32,000 nt of DNA from an uncultured Chloroflexia bacterium (GCA_963704755.1 OY969938.1:3510001-3542000); one strand, 5' to 3'; counted from the stretch's first letter, positions 1 through 10,760 are shown. The notes: generated from the letters alone by a model not told the origin. Numbers and translations: made by a program.

Positions 1-119
1 GGCATCGCATGATGCGAGAACTGGCCTCGCACCACTACATCGTCACAACCGGAAAGAACTTGCCTGATTTGGAATGGGTTGCCCGGGTCTTCGGCCTGGA
101 TTGTCGCCAGATCCGCTGA
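1..119 (+). CDS. 3' end of an upstream gene of unknown product (partial at window edge)
   Basis: Frame 3 is open from base 3 to TGA at 117-119 (HRMMRELASHHYIVTTGKNLPDLEWVARVFGLDCRQIR*). It is followed by an AT-rich intergenic region. No motif recognised. Confidence 0.3.
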   Translation, partial: HRMMRELASHHYIVTTGKNLPDLEWVARVFGLDCRQIR

Positions 120-245
120 GCACAAGAAATCAGCTTCCTTTGATTTGCACTTAAAACCGAACCAGAAATTCTATGGCTAAAACAAGGAAGAAAGTCGTAA
201 AACTTATGACATATTTTTGCAAAAGTATGATAAATTTAAGCGTTA

Positions 246-273
246 GTTGCAAAATATATGGCGTAAGTATAAT
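246..273 (+). promoter_or_regulatory. Candidate sigma70-type promoter of the ROK/ABC operon
   Basis: GTTGCA (246-251), 16 nt spacer, TATAAT (268-273), in an AT-rich gap about 50 nt upstream of the ATG at 322. GGAG at 308-311 could serve as Shine-Dalgarno. Confidence 0.3.
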
Positions 274-321
274 TCGTTCGGGTTTATGTTGTTGATACTT
301 TTCAAATGGAGCTGAAGTAAT

Positions 322-1563
322 ATGCCAGACAATTTTGATGCCTTCCAACGTAAAGCAGAACCTCCCGAAAAATTTGCTCTTTCGAAAGAGGAGTGTTCGA
401 TATTGGACGGGTTGAGGCAGTACGGTACCTTGGAACGCGCTCAACTTGTTGATCGGCTAGGCTTTTCCAGGGCGAAAATTTCTCAGATCGTCAATGAATT
501 AATCGATAAGGGATTTATCGAGGATAAAGGCCTGGGTGAGTCCAGCGGTGGGAAAAGGCCAAAATTGCTGCGGATTAGTCCTACGGTCGGCTACCTTGCC
601 GGGGTGGACATTGGCGCAACCAGCATCGATGTGGCCCTGGCCGATTTCACGGCCCAGATTATCGGGCACGTGGCAGTCCCGGCGAATGTTCGCAACGGGC
701 CGGTGCCGGTCTTGTCCCAGGTCGCTGAACTGCTGATGGGCCTGGTCGAGGCGAACCATATTCCCGCTGACCAGGTGGTCAGTATGGCGATCGGCGTACC
801 CGGCCCGGTGGATAGTTCGACCGGCCTGTTGATCAGCCCCCCGCTGATGCCAGGCTGGGACTCCTTCCCGATCGCCGAGTTTTTTGCCGAAAAATTCTCT
901 TCTGCCAAGGTAATCGTGGACAACGATGCCAATCTGATGGCGCTGGGTGAGCTGTTTGCCGGGGTTGGCCAGGGTGTCGAAAACTTCATTTTCGTCAAGA
1001 TCGGCACCGGCATTGGGGCCGGCATTGTTTGCAAAGGGAAGCTTTACCGGGGTTCATCCGGCTGCGCCGGAGATGTGGGACACATTTGTGTCGATTGGAA
1101 CGGACCCAGGTGCCACTGTGGAAATGTGGGCTGTGTGGCCACGATGGCCGGTGGCACGGCGATCGCGGAGAAAGCTGTTGAAGCAGCGAAAAGCGGGAAC
1201 AGCCCCTTTTTGAATGCCCGCCTGGAGAAGAATGGCCGGTTGTCGGCTGAAGATGTGAGCGCAGCCATCGCCGAGGGTGACCTGACGGCTATGGAGATTA
1301 TCTGCGAGAGTGGCCGCCTGATCGGTTTGATGCTGGCCAGCGTAGTGAATTTCTTCAATCCAAAGTTGATCGTCATTGGCGGAGGAGTGACCAAGAGCGG
1401 AAATCATTTGTTGTCCAACATCCGCCAGACTGTGATTGGCCGCTCTTTGTCCCTTTCAACGCGCCACCTGCGTATCGAGTACTCGCGGCTGGGGGATAAA
1501 GCCGGCGTGACGGGTGCTATTGCTTTGGCTATCGAAAACCTTAATTGTGCCTTTTTGCCCTGA
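322..1563 (+). CDS. ROK-family transcriptional regulator (NagC/XylR-like)
   Basis: 413-aa ORF. N-terminal winged HTH (LSKEECSILDGLRQYGTLERAQLVDRLGFSRAKISQIVNELIDKGFI). ROK motifs DIGATS, GVPGPVD, DNDANLMALGE, GTGIGAGIV, and the zinc motif GHICVDWNGPRCHCGNVGCVATMAG. Confidence 0.9.
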   Translation: MPDNFDAFQRKAEPPEKFALSKEECSILDGLRQYGTLERAQLVDRLGFSRAKISQIVNELIDKGFIEDKGLGESSGGKRPKLLRISPTVGYLAGVDIGATSIDVALADFTAQIIGHVAVPANVRNGPVPVLSQVAELLMGLVEANHIPADQVVSMAIGVPGPVDSSTGLLISPPLMPGWDSFPIAEFFAEKFSSAKVIVDNDANLMALGELFAGVGQGVENFIFVKIGTGIGAGIVCKGKLYRGSSGCAGDVGHICVDWNGPRCHCGNVGCVATMAGGTAIAEKAVEAAKSGNSPFLNARLEKNGRLSAEDVSAAIAEGDLTAMEIICESGRLIGLMLASVVNFFNPKLIVIGGGVTKSGNHLLSNIRQTVIGRSLSLSTRHLRIEYSRLGDKAGVTGAIALAIENLNCAFLP

Positions 1564-1624
1564 TCGATCTGCCTGACGGTAAGTTACGAAAAAAAGGAAG
1601 TGAATCGTCGCCGAGGAATAACTA

Positions 1625-2605
1625 ATGATATCTGATGAACCAAAGAACTTCGCAAAACTCGACCTGTCGTCTGTGAAACGGGTGTTCCAACAGAACCAAG
1701 CCGTGATCGTTTGGACGGTTTTGATTGTGATGATTGGGATTGCAACCATCGCTTCACCGGCATTCCTAACTTCCAGGAATATGTTGAACATCTTACGCCA
1801 GGCAGCCGCGTTGGGAATTATCGCGATCGGCCAATCGTTCGCTTTATTAAGCCGCGGAGCGGACCTTTCACAGAGTGCCGTGATGACCTTGAGTGCCGTC
1901 GTCTCTTTCAAGATTTTGAACGGGCAGAATGAGCTGATCGTTCCGGTCATTCTGTGCTCGATGGCGCTGGGAGCCCTGGTGGGAATTTTCAATGGGGTCA
2001 TGGTCAGCAAGGTCAAAGTACCGCCCTTCCTGTTGACCCTCGGCACGCGGACGGCTGTGGTTGGGTTGGGATTGGTTTACACCCACGGTACACCCTCGGG
2101 TTTTAATACTCCGCTCTTCCGCCAGGTTTTAGGCCAGTTCACTTTCCTGGGTATTCCCGGACAGGTGTTCATCTGGGGCGGCCTGTTCATTATCTTTTGG
2201 GTGATTTTATCCAAGACCTCTTATGGGCGAAAACTGTATGCAACCGGTGGTAATCCGGAAGCGGCCAGGCAGTCAGGCGTAAAGATCAACCGGGTCATTG
2301 TTACGGCCTATATTATTTCCGGCGTACTGGCAGCTATAGGCGGCCTGGTTCTGGCGGCGCGTTCCGGTTATGCCGATAACTCCATCGGTGATGGTTATGA
2401 ATTGGATGCGGTTGCCGCTTCCGTGATTGGCGGCACGGCATTCTCGGGTGGGAAAGGCAGCCTGGTCGGTACGGTCGGCGGTGTGCTGCTCATGATCGTT
2501 CTGCAAAATATTCTCAATATCCTGGGATTAAGCCCAAGTGCTTATCTCGTTGTAAGTGGTCTGGTAGTTATCGCAGCAGTGACCATTTTGAAAAAATCTG
2601 ATTAA
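1625..2605 (+). CDS. Sugar ABC transporter permease (CUT2/RbsC-type), copy 1
   Basis: 326-aa multi-TM ORF. ATG is preceded by GAGGA 7 nt upstream. Motifs GGNPEAARQSGVKINR and AVAASVIGGTAFSGGKGSLVGTVGGVLLM are typical of ribose/xylose-type permeases. Confidence 0.85.
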   Translation: MISDEPKNFAKLDLSSVKRVFQQNQAVIVWTVLIVMIGIATIASPAFLTSRNMLNILRQAAALGIIAIGQSFALLSRGADLSQSAVMTLSAVVSFKILNGQNELIVPVILCSMALGALVGIFNGVMVSKVKVPPFLLTLGTRTAVVGLGLVYTHGTPSGFNTPLFRQVLGQFTFLGIPGQVFIWGGLFIIFWVILSKTSYGRKLYATGGNPEAARQSGVKINRVIVTAYIISGVLAAIGGLVLAARSGYADNSIGDGYELDAVAASVIGGTAFSGGKGSLVGTVGGVLLMIVLQNILNILGLSPSAYLVVSGLVVIAAVTILKKSD

Positions 2606-2673
2606 GAGATGAGCGATTTTCGAGAGGAGGTGGATATAGAGAAGAAGTGCGCGCCTTGTAATTGGGTAAGAGA

Positions 2674-3915
2674 ATGAAATCACCAAGCGAAAAGGAAAGG
2701 AATTTTGCAGATATGAAGCACACTGGATTAGTAAGGACTTTCATCGTTTTAGTGGTTCTCCTAATGGTGGTAGCAGCATGTTCCCCGGCAGCAACCCCTC
2801 AGCCGACGACCGCCCCGGTTGCTCCCGCTGATACAGAAGTCAGCACGGCCCCCGAAGCAACGACCGCTCCGGAAGTTGTGGCTGCCCCGACGACTGAAGA
2901 AGTCACCGGCGATACCACGGGATCTGAAATCGAAGTACCCGATATCTATCAATGGCCGGCCGACGAGGCTGTCGATTGGGTGGACACCACGCAATACAAA
3001 AAAGATCCCCCCTATACCATCGGCCTGAGCAACTGCTCGACCAACAACGCCTGGGCGTCTTTGTATATCGAAACCGCAAAATGGGAAGCTCAGAAGCATT
3101 CGGAAATCAAAGATTTGATCATCACCGATGCGAACAACGATCCTTCCAAACAGCTTTCCGATATCGAAGACCTGATTGCCCAGAATGTGGACGCGATCAT
3201 CGTGCGCCCGTGCACGGCCGATGCCGGTGTTCCGGCCATTAAATCAGCGATGCAATCCGGTATCCCGGTTTTCATTTCCAACCGCGGCACAAGCACCACC
3301 AGTTACGTGTCGGAACAAGCCACGAATATGAAAGATATTGGTAAAAACCAGGGGACTTGGCTTGCTGCACAACTGAACGATGCCGGGAATATCGTATCGA
3401 TTGAAGGCACCGCCGGCAGCGCTCCGCAGGCGGAACGCTATGAAGGCGCCATGGATGTCCTCAGCCAGTACCCGGACATCAAGGTGCTCGCCCGCCAATC
3501 CACCGATTGGAACCGGGCCCAGGCCAAGACCGCCATGGAAAACTTCATCCAGGCTTACCCGAACATCAATGGTGTATTGGCCCAGTCCGGCGCTATCTCG
3601 ATGGGTGTAGTCGAGGCGTTGGATGAGGCAGGGGAAGCCGCTTGCAGCATTCCCGTCACCGGCGACGATTATAACGGCTTCATGAAATGGGTGAAGACCA
3701 ACCAATGTGGCATGATCACCACCAACCCGACCTGGTGCAGTGGTGCTTCTATCATGGCCGCCCTGATGACCCTGAACGGCCAGCAGGTTCCCAAGAATTG
3801 GTACATCCCGACCGTAACGTATGATGCCAGCACGATCGATCAGGTTGTGGCGATGGACAAACCGGATGAATGGTATCCGAACATCCTGCCCTCTGATTGG
3901 GACATGAGCCAGTAG
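2674..3915 (+). CDS. Sugar ABC transporter substrate-binding lipoprotein (PBP type 1, RbsB-like) with Thr/Pro/Ala-rich linker
   Basis: The ORF is open from TTG 2662, with alternative ATGs at 2674 and 2713. Signal peptide plus lipobox (LLMVVAACS). About 60-aa T/P/A/E-rich linker. PBP1 fold motifs follow (YTIGLSNCSTNNAW, VDAIIVRP, GIPVFISNRG, NGVLAQSGAISMGVVEAL). Confidence 0.85.
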   Translation: MKSPSEKERNFADMKHTGLVRTFIVLVVLLMVVAACSPAATPQPTTAPVAPADTEVSTAPEATTAPEVVAAPTTEEVTGDTTGSEIEVPDIYQWPADEAVDWVDTTQYKKDPPYTIGLSNCSTNNAWASLYIETAKWEAQKHSEIKDLIITDANNDPSKQLSDIEDLIAQNVDAIIVRPCTADAGVPAIKSAMQSGIPVFISNRGTSTTSYVSEQATNMKDIGKNQGTWLAAQLNDAGNIVSIEGTAGSAPQAERYEGAMDVLSQYPDIKVLARQSTDWNRAQAKTAMENFIQAYPNINGVLAQSGAISMGVVEALDEAGEAACSIPVTGDDYNGFMKWVKTNQCGMITTNPTWCSGASIMAALMTLNGQQVPKNWYIPTVTYDASTIDQVVAMDKPDEWYPNILPSDWDMSQ

Positions 3916-3928
3916 TCATTATTGTTAT

Positions 3929-3969
3929 GGGGTCACGGGCAAGGTGCAGTCTATCCTTGCCTGTGACCC
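3929..3969 (+). promoter_or_regulatory. Intercistronic stem-loop after the binding-protein gene
   Basis: GGGTCACGGGCAAGG (3929-3943) pairs with CCTTGCCTGTGACCC (3955-3969): 15 bp with 1 mismatch and an 11-nt loop. There is no strong T-tract. It lies in the 173-nt gap between the SBP gene and permease 2. Confidence 0.45.
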
Positions 3970-4088
3970 GCCCGAAATCTTCTTCATTTGGCTTGAGTGG
4001 TTACCAGGAATTTATTTCTACGGAATTTGGACGGCGAGCGTGCCTTCGAGTCGTCGGCATAGTAACAGCAGGAATAAGGTGAAGAAAT

Positions 4089-5021
4089 ATGAAGTATCTT
4101 GGTTTTCTAAAGAGACAAACGGTATGGCTGCTCTTGTTGGCGCTCGTTGCGATCGGAGGCGTGGCATCGCCTGATTTTCTGACGCCGGTGAATGTGATCA
4201 ACATTCTCAGGCAGGCCTGTGCCCTGGGTTTTGTCAGCATCGGCCAGACCTTTGCTGTGATTGCAAGTGCAGTTGACCTGTCCGTCGGTTCGATTATCAG
4301 TTTAATTCAATGTGTGGTGGCAAAGACTATGAACGGCGAGACAAGCGGTATTCTGCCGGCGTTAGGTCTTACCGTTTTGATTGTGGTTGCAATTGGTTTT
4401 TTGAATGGCTATTTCGTCGCCAAAAGAAAAGGCGATCCATTTATCGTTACCCTGGGTAGCATGACCGCCTTGCAAGGGGTTGTCCTTCTGTTCACCCACG
4501 AACAGCCAGTCGGTTCGGTACCCAACTCCTTCCGATTTGTGGCCGATGGCTACCTGGGTCCGATCCCGGTACCGGTGATCGTGATTGCTGTTTTATTTAT
4601 TGTTGCCCAAATTGTCTTACGCAAAACGCGATTTGGCCGCTATACGCTCTCTTCCGGCGGCAGTGAAGAAGTTTCACGACTGTCCGGTATCTCCGTGTCG
4701 CGGATCAAGATTATGACCTATATTCTCTCTGCCGCCGGCGCTGCGGCGACGGGTATTTTCCTGGCGGCGCGGATGAATATTGGTGAGCCTCTGGTAGGCA
4801 GCAGCTACAGCCTTGATTCTGTGGCAGCAGTGGTGATCGGTGGAACGTTTGTCACCGGCGGCGCCGGCAGTGTGATCGGAACCCTGGGCGGCGTGCTGCT
4901 CTACTCGGTTTTGAGCAACATGATGAACATCCTCAACATCGATACGTTTTACCAGACCGTAATCAAGGGCTTGATTATTATCGTAGCGATCAGCATCGGT
5001 CAGCTACGGCGCAGGAAATAG
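4089..5021 (+). CDS. Sugar ABC transporter permease (CUT2/RbsC-type), copy 2
   Basis: 310-aa multi-TM ORF, paralogous to 1625-2605 (GGSEEVSRLSGISVSR, VAAVVIGGTFVTGGAGSVIGTLGGVLL). Confidence 0.85.
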   Translation: MKYLGFLKRQTVWLLLLALVAIGGVASPDFLTPVNVINILRQACALGFVSIGQTFAVIASAVDLSVGSIISLIQCVVAKTMNGETSGILPALGLTVLIVVAIGFLNGYFVAKRKGDPFIVTLGSMTALQGVVLLFTHEQPVGSVPNSFRFVADGYLGPIPVPVIVIAVLFIVAQIVLRKTRFGRYTLSSGGSEEVSRLSGISVSRIKIMTYILSAAGAAATGIFLAARMNIGEPLVGSSYSLDSVAAVVIGGTFVTGGAGSVIGTLGGVLLYSVLSNMMNILNIDTFYQTVIKGLIIIVAISIGQLRRRK

Positions 5022-5134
5022 TATGACCGGGTTTTTATTTGCGCAGGAAATAAACCCTGGCAAGGTCGTTTTATTCAGTACGCACAGCTTTTTGGTTTCT
5101 TATTTTGCTGACTTGGGTTAGGAGAATACAGATT

Positions 5135-6666
<1,532 letters not shown>

Positions 6667-6667
<1 letters not shown>

Positions 6668-7521
6668 TGCAGAGTTTTAATTTCTATTCTCCATCCAACC
6701 TGAAAGAGCTGGTAGAGAAATTAGCCGGTGAAGAAAACGCCCGGGTAATCGCCGGCGGAACCGATATTTTGCCCCGCCTGCACCGCGGCATGCATGTAGC
6801 GGATGCCTTTATCGATATTTCTAAAATTTCAGAGTTGAAAACAGTCGCGGTTGATGGTTCTGAGGTTCGGGTCGGTGCGCTGGCGACTTATGCAGAAATT
6901 GCCAAATCGGCGGATTTACTCCGGACGGCTCCGTTGTTGTGCATGGCGGCCTCCCAGGTCGGCTCGTACCAGACGCGCCAGCGCGGGACGATTGGCGGCA
7001 GCCTGGGCAATGCTTCACCCGCGGGGGATATCATCCCGACGCTGCTGGTGATGGATGCTGAAGTGACCTTGATGGGGATCAACGGGACCCGCCGCCTGCC
7101 TCTTGGGCAGTATTTTGTGGGGCCAGGGCGGACGCGGATCGAAAAAGGCGAGTTCATCCATCACGTCAGTTTTTCGACCCTGCCGGATAATGCCGGGATC
7201 TTCTATTACAAACACGGCAAACGCAAGGCAATGGCCTGCTCCCTGGTAAACATCGCTGCGGCGGTGGTGAGCGATTCCAATTCGGTCATCCAGGATGTGC
7301 GCCTGGCCTTAGGATCGGTGGCGCCAACGGCCATCCGCTGTGCAAAAACCGAAGAACTGCTGCGCGGGAAAGTATTGACCGATCTGTTGATCGAGCGGGC
7401 TTCCGAAAGCGCCGGGTTGGAGAGCTCGCCAATTGATGATGTCCGCGCAACCGCCGACTATCGACGTCACCTGGTTCGCCAGTTGGTGCGGCGGGCTTTA
7501 TTGACTATTTCGAATCCATAG
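6667..7521 (+). CDS. FAD-binding medium subunit of a xanthine dehydrogenase/CO dehydrogenase-family molybdoenzyme (CoxM/XdhB-like)
   Basis: 284 aa. Motifs AGGTDILPRL and GTIGGSLGNASPAGD (FAD_binding_5), with a C-terminal DDVRATADYRRHL segment. The ATG overlaps the ATPase stop (TAATG at 6665-6669). Confidence 0.85.
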
Positions 7522-7535
7522 AGGCCTTGAGGGTA

Positions 7536-8024
7536 ATGATGAATGTAATCAGGGTTACGTTAGAAATTAATGGCACGGTCCAGACGATCGATACCCAACC
7601 AAACCGGACGTTGTTAGAGGTGTTGAGAGAAGACTTTAACCTGACCGGTGCAAAAGATGGCTGTCATGAAGGCGAGTGTGGCGCTTGTACGGTCCTGTTC
7701 GACGGCAAACCGGTTAATTCCTGCCTGACCATGATCGGCCAGGCGGACGGGCATTCCATATTGACGATCGAGGGGTTGGCCAACCACGGCGAATTGCATC
7801 CGGTCCAAAGGGCCTTTGTCGAGTCCGGAGCGGTTCAGTGTGGTTTCTGCACCCCAGGTGCGGTGCTCTCCTCGGTGGCGTTATTAGAACGGAACCCGGA
7901 TCCCAGCGAAGAAGAAATTCGGACGGCTCTCTCCGGAAACCTGTGCCGCTGTACGGGCTATACCAAGATCGTCGAAGCTGTCCAGGCCGTCCAGGCCGCG
8001 GTCAGGATGGTGCAGAATGGATAA
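7536..8024 (+). CDS. [2Fe-2S]-binding small subunit of the molybdoenzyme (CoxS-like)
   Basis: Cys clusters CHEGECGACTV...NSC and CGFCTPG...CRCTGY. The ORF is open from TTG 7527, with ATGs at 7536 and 7539. Confidence 0.9.
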   Translation: MMNVIRVTLEINGTVQTIDTQPNRTLLEVLREDFNLTGAKDGCHEGECGACTVLFDGKPVNSCLTMIGQADGHSILTIEGLANHGELHPVQRAFVESGAVQCGFCTPGAVLSSVALLERNPDPSEEEIRTALSGNLCRCTGYTKIVEAVQAVQAAVRMVQNG

Positions 8025-10260
8025 ATTAAAGGCTGTCTCCAAATCGGAATGCCGGGTGGATGGCTGGGATAAAGTCACCGGAAAAGCCCAGTATGGCGCC
8101 GATATCCATCTGCCCCACATGCTCCACATGGCCGTGCTGCGTTCTCCGCATCACCACGCCCGCATCAAGAGCATCGACAGCGGCCCGGCGCGCTCGGTCA
8201 ATGGCGTTTTTGCTATTGTTACCGGCTTCGATCTGCCCGGCGCGAAGAGTTTTGGCCCGGAAGTCGAAGACAAACCGGCCCTGGCGTTCGACGAAGTACG
8301 CCACATGGGAGACCATGTGGCCCTCGTGGTAGCCAAAACCAGGGCCATTGCCGTGGAAGCGGCCAATAAGATTGTGGTCGAATATGAAGTCCTGCCGGCG
8401 GTGTTCGATCCGGTGGAGGCTTTACAGGCCGGTGCTCCCCAGGTGCATTCAGCCGGGAACCTGTTGGCGGACCACGACTACTCGGTTGGGGATATCGAGA
8501 AGGGGTTTGCCGAAGCAGATGTAATCGTCGAGAGAACGTTCAACGTGCAGCGCATCTCTCCGGCTTACCTGGAACCGGAGATGGCCGTTGCAAGCTGGCA
8601 GGCTGACGACACGTTGAAAGTTTGGTCCTGTTCGCAGATGCCGTTCAGCGATCGCGCCGACATTGCCAAGATTTTGAAGATGCCGGAAGAAAAAATCCAC
8701 GTGGTTACCCCGGCGATTGGAGGATCATTCGGCGGAAAATCCGACTCGACCATGGCGATTCTGGCTGCTTTGGGCGCCTGGGCGGTCAAGGGCAATGTGT
8801 CGTTGGTCAATTCGCGCCAGGAATCGATGGTGGCCTATCCAAAGCGCCATCCGGGTGTAATTCATTATAAGATCGGCGCCAGACGGGATGGGATGCTGGT
8901 CGCGTTGAACGCTGACATGGTCTTTAATACCGGCGCGTATGCTTCGTTTGGGCCTTCTGTTGGAGCGATCAGCGCTGAAATGGCCACCGGGCCGTATCAC
9001 ATTCCAAACGTGCATTCCCGCTCCAGGGTGGTGTATACCAACACACCTATCAGCGGTTCGATCCGCGGCGTTTCCGGTCCGCAGACTTGTTTTGTGTTCG
9101 AGTTGGCCATGGATATGGTTGCCGATAAATTAAAGATGGACCCGATCGAGCTGCGCAAGAAAAATAGTTGGAAACTGGGTGGATCGACTTACCTCGGCCT
9201 GGAATTCAAGGATAGCCCATCTTTAAATATTTGCCTGGACCGGGCCAAAGACGCGCGCGAAGAGTTGCTGCGCAAGCCGGCCACACCCGGAAAACTATGC
9301 GGGGTAGGTGTCGCCAGCAGCCTGCTGAAAATGGGCATGGGACGCGGGGTGCCGGACGCTTCGACCAACCGGATCGAATGGCTGCCGGGTGGAAGGGTGC
9401 TGCTCTGGTTGGGATCGCCGGATATCGGCCAGGGTTTGAAGACCGTGGGAACTCAAATGGCCGCTGAACTGCTCGGCATCCCGGTCAGGGATATCGAGCT
9501 GGCCCAGTTGGATACTTCGGTCAGTCCGAATGGCGGTCCGACCAATACATCCAGGACGACTTTGATGATCGGTAATTCGCTGACAGGCGCCGCTGCCAAG
9601 GCGATCGCGGCCCTGTTGGACTTCGCGGCAAGCGAACTGGACCCGGACGCCAAGGACCTTTCCTATACGGAAGGCAACGTGCAGTTTACCTCCCCAAAAG
9701 GGTCGTTCAAACTGCCGTTGGCCTATTTTACCAATAAGGCTGCCGAGAAGGGCATCCGCCTGACGGGGGAAGCAACCTATGAATTCCCCAAGCGCCCGGA
9801 TGGCCCGGCCCAGTACCCCACCGGCTTGCCCCATGTCAAATTTTGTTTCGGCGCCCACGTGGCCCGGGTAGAGGTTGATCCTGCCTTGGGAACTGTCGAG
9901 GTGACCGACTATGTCGCCATTCACGATGTGGGCAAGGCGATTAACCCGATGAGCGTGGAAGGACAGATCGAAGGCGGGGTGATCATGGGACTGGGTTACG
10001 CCCTGATGGAAGAAATGAAATTGCGTCCCAATGGGGCCTGGATCGATAACCTTTCAGAATACATCATCCCCACGGCCCTGGATGCACCTCACATCACAGC
10101 GGTGATCGTGGAGCAGCCCGACCCGGATGGGCCTTTTGGCTCCAAAGGACTGGGCGAGCAGGTCACGGTGGCGGTGGCGCCGGCCATTGCCAATGCCGTG
10201 TTCAATGCGACCGGCCGGAGAATTACATCACTGCCCATTACACCGGAGGCCTTGATCTGA
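8017..10260 (+). CDS. Molybdopterin-binding large subunit of a xanthine dehydrogenase/aldehyde oxidase-family enzyme (CoxL/XdhA-like)
   Basis: 747 aa. N-terminal hammerhead domain (RVDGWDKVTGKAQYGADI, LRSPHHHARIKSID). C-terminal FGSKGLGEQ...APAIANAVFNATG loop typical of the family. The start overlaps the small-subunit stop (ATGGATAA). Confidence 0.9.
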   Translation: MDKLKAVSKSECRVDGWDKVTGKAQYGADIHLPHMLHMAVLRSPHHHARIKSIDSGPARSVNGVFAIVTGFDLPGAKSFGPEVEDKPALAFDEVRHMGDHVALVVAKTRAIAVEAANKIVVEYEVLPAVFDPVEALQAGAPQVHSAGNLLADHDYSVGDIEKGFAEADVIVERTFNVQRISPAYLEPEMAVASWQADDTLKVWSCSQMPFSDRADIAKILKMPEEKIHVVTPAIGGSFGGKSDSTMAILAALGAWAVKGNVSLVNSRQESMVAYPKRHPGVIHYKIGARRDGMLVALNADMVFNTGAYASFGPSVGAISAEMATGPYHIPNVHSRSRVVYTNTPISGSIRGVSGPQTCFVFELAMDMVADKLKMDPIELRKKNSWKLGGSTYLGLEFKDSPSLNICLDRAKDAREELLRKPATPGKLCGVGVASSLLKMGMGRGVPDASTNRIEWLPGGRVLLWLGSPDIGQGLKTVGTQMAAELLGIPVRDIELAQLDTSVSPNGGPTNTSRTTLMIGNSLTGAAAKAIAALLDFAASELDPDAKDLSYTEGNVQFTSPKGSFKLPLAYFTNKAAEKGIRLTGEATYEFPKRPDGPAQYPTGLPHVKFCFGAHVARVEVDPALGTVEVTDYVAIHDVGKAINPMSVEGQIEGGVIMGLGYALMEEMKLRPNGAWIDNLSEYIIPTALDAPHITAVIVEQPDPDGPFGSKGLGEQVTVAVAPAIANAVFNATGRRITSLPITPEALI

Positions 10261-10289
10261 AATATAGACTACAACCTGGCGAATAGGAC

Positions 10290-10529
10290 GTAGTGCAGGA
10301 GGCAATCATTGGGCTATTGCGGGCTTTTTCAACCCCGGAATGGCCGGCCGAGTTCCTCTTCCCGAATGGATGAACCTTAAAATATCGAATTGCTGCTCAA
10401 ACCAGTGCTGAAGGAACAGTTTGAGAGGTTTGCGGGCATGGATGGCCCGCAAACTTCTCGACTTTAGAGCACGCTTCTTCCCCTGCAACGGCCAGAGCAA
10501 TTATTAATAGCAAGTTTTGCCTGCACTAC
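10290..10529. repeat. About 240-bp element bounded by imperfect inverted repeats, with a central 15-bp hairpin
   Basis: GTAGTGCAGGagGCAA (10290-10305) matches the reverse complement of TTGCCTGCACTAC (10517-10529), and weaker pairing continues inward (..GCTATT / AATAGC..). Central palindrome: GAGAGGTTTGCGGGC (10423-10437) with GCCCGCAAACTTCTC (10445-10459). Confidence 0.3.
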
Positions 10530-10575
10530 CGCTTATAAGGCAGGCCTTTATTTATATTATTCCGAGCTCAAAGCT

Positions 10576-10695
10576 GTAAAAAGTAACTTCTCAACCTGAC
10601 TGGGAAGAGCCCGAATTTGAGGTGTCTGCGGAGTATCGCCCCCGCAAACACCCCAAATTCGGGAACTTATAAACAAGGTACTGAGTAGTTACAGT
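10576..10695. repeat. REP/MITE-like palindromic element, copy A
   Basis: Core 10610-10663: CCCGAATTTGAGGTGTCTGCGGAG...CCCCGCAAACACCCCAAATTCGGG. Outer inverted arms are GTAACTTCTCA (10583-10593) and CTGAGTAGTTAC (10681-10692). Confidence 0.6.
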
Positions 10696-10760
10696 GAAAT
10701 ATGGTTTGTCAAGGATTTTGAACGTTTCTTCTAAAAGACTTGCTCGCAAGGAGGCGCACA

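Noticed and set aside
151-444. 97-aa ORF on the minus strand across the ROK promoter region
   Set aside because: It lies in AT-rich, promoter-like DNA and overlaps the start of the ROK gene. The product is low-complexity and Phe/Leu/Lys-rich, with no motif and no SD.
5009-5052. 12-nt direct repeat GCGCAGGAAATA (5009-5020 and 5041-5052) spanning the permease 2 stop codon
   Set aside because: It is probably a small duplication scar. I could not derive any structural or regulatory interpretation.
10306-10500. 64-aa ORF on the minus strand downstream of the molybdoenzyme operon
   Set aside because: It sits entirely inside the inverted-repeat-bounded element and is translated through the central 15-bp hairpin. 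It has no SD. I briefly considered a transposase remnant but found no supporting motif.
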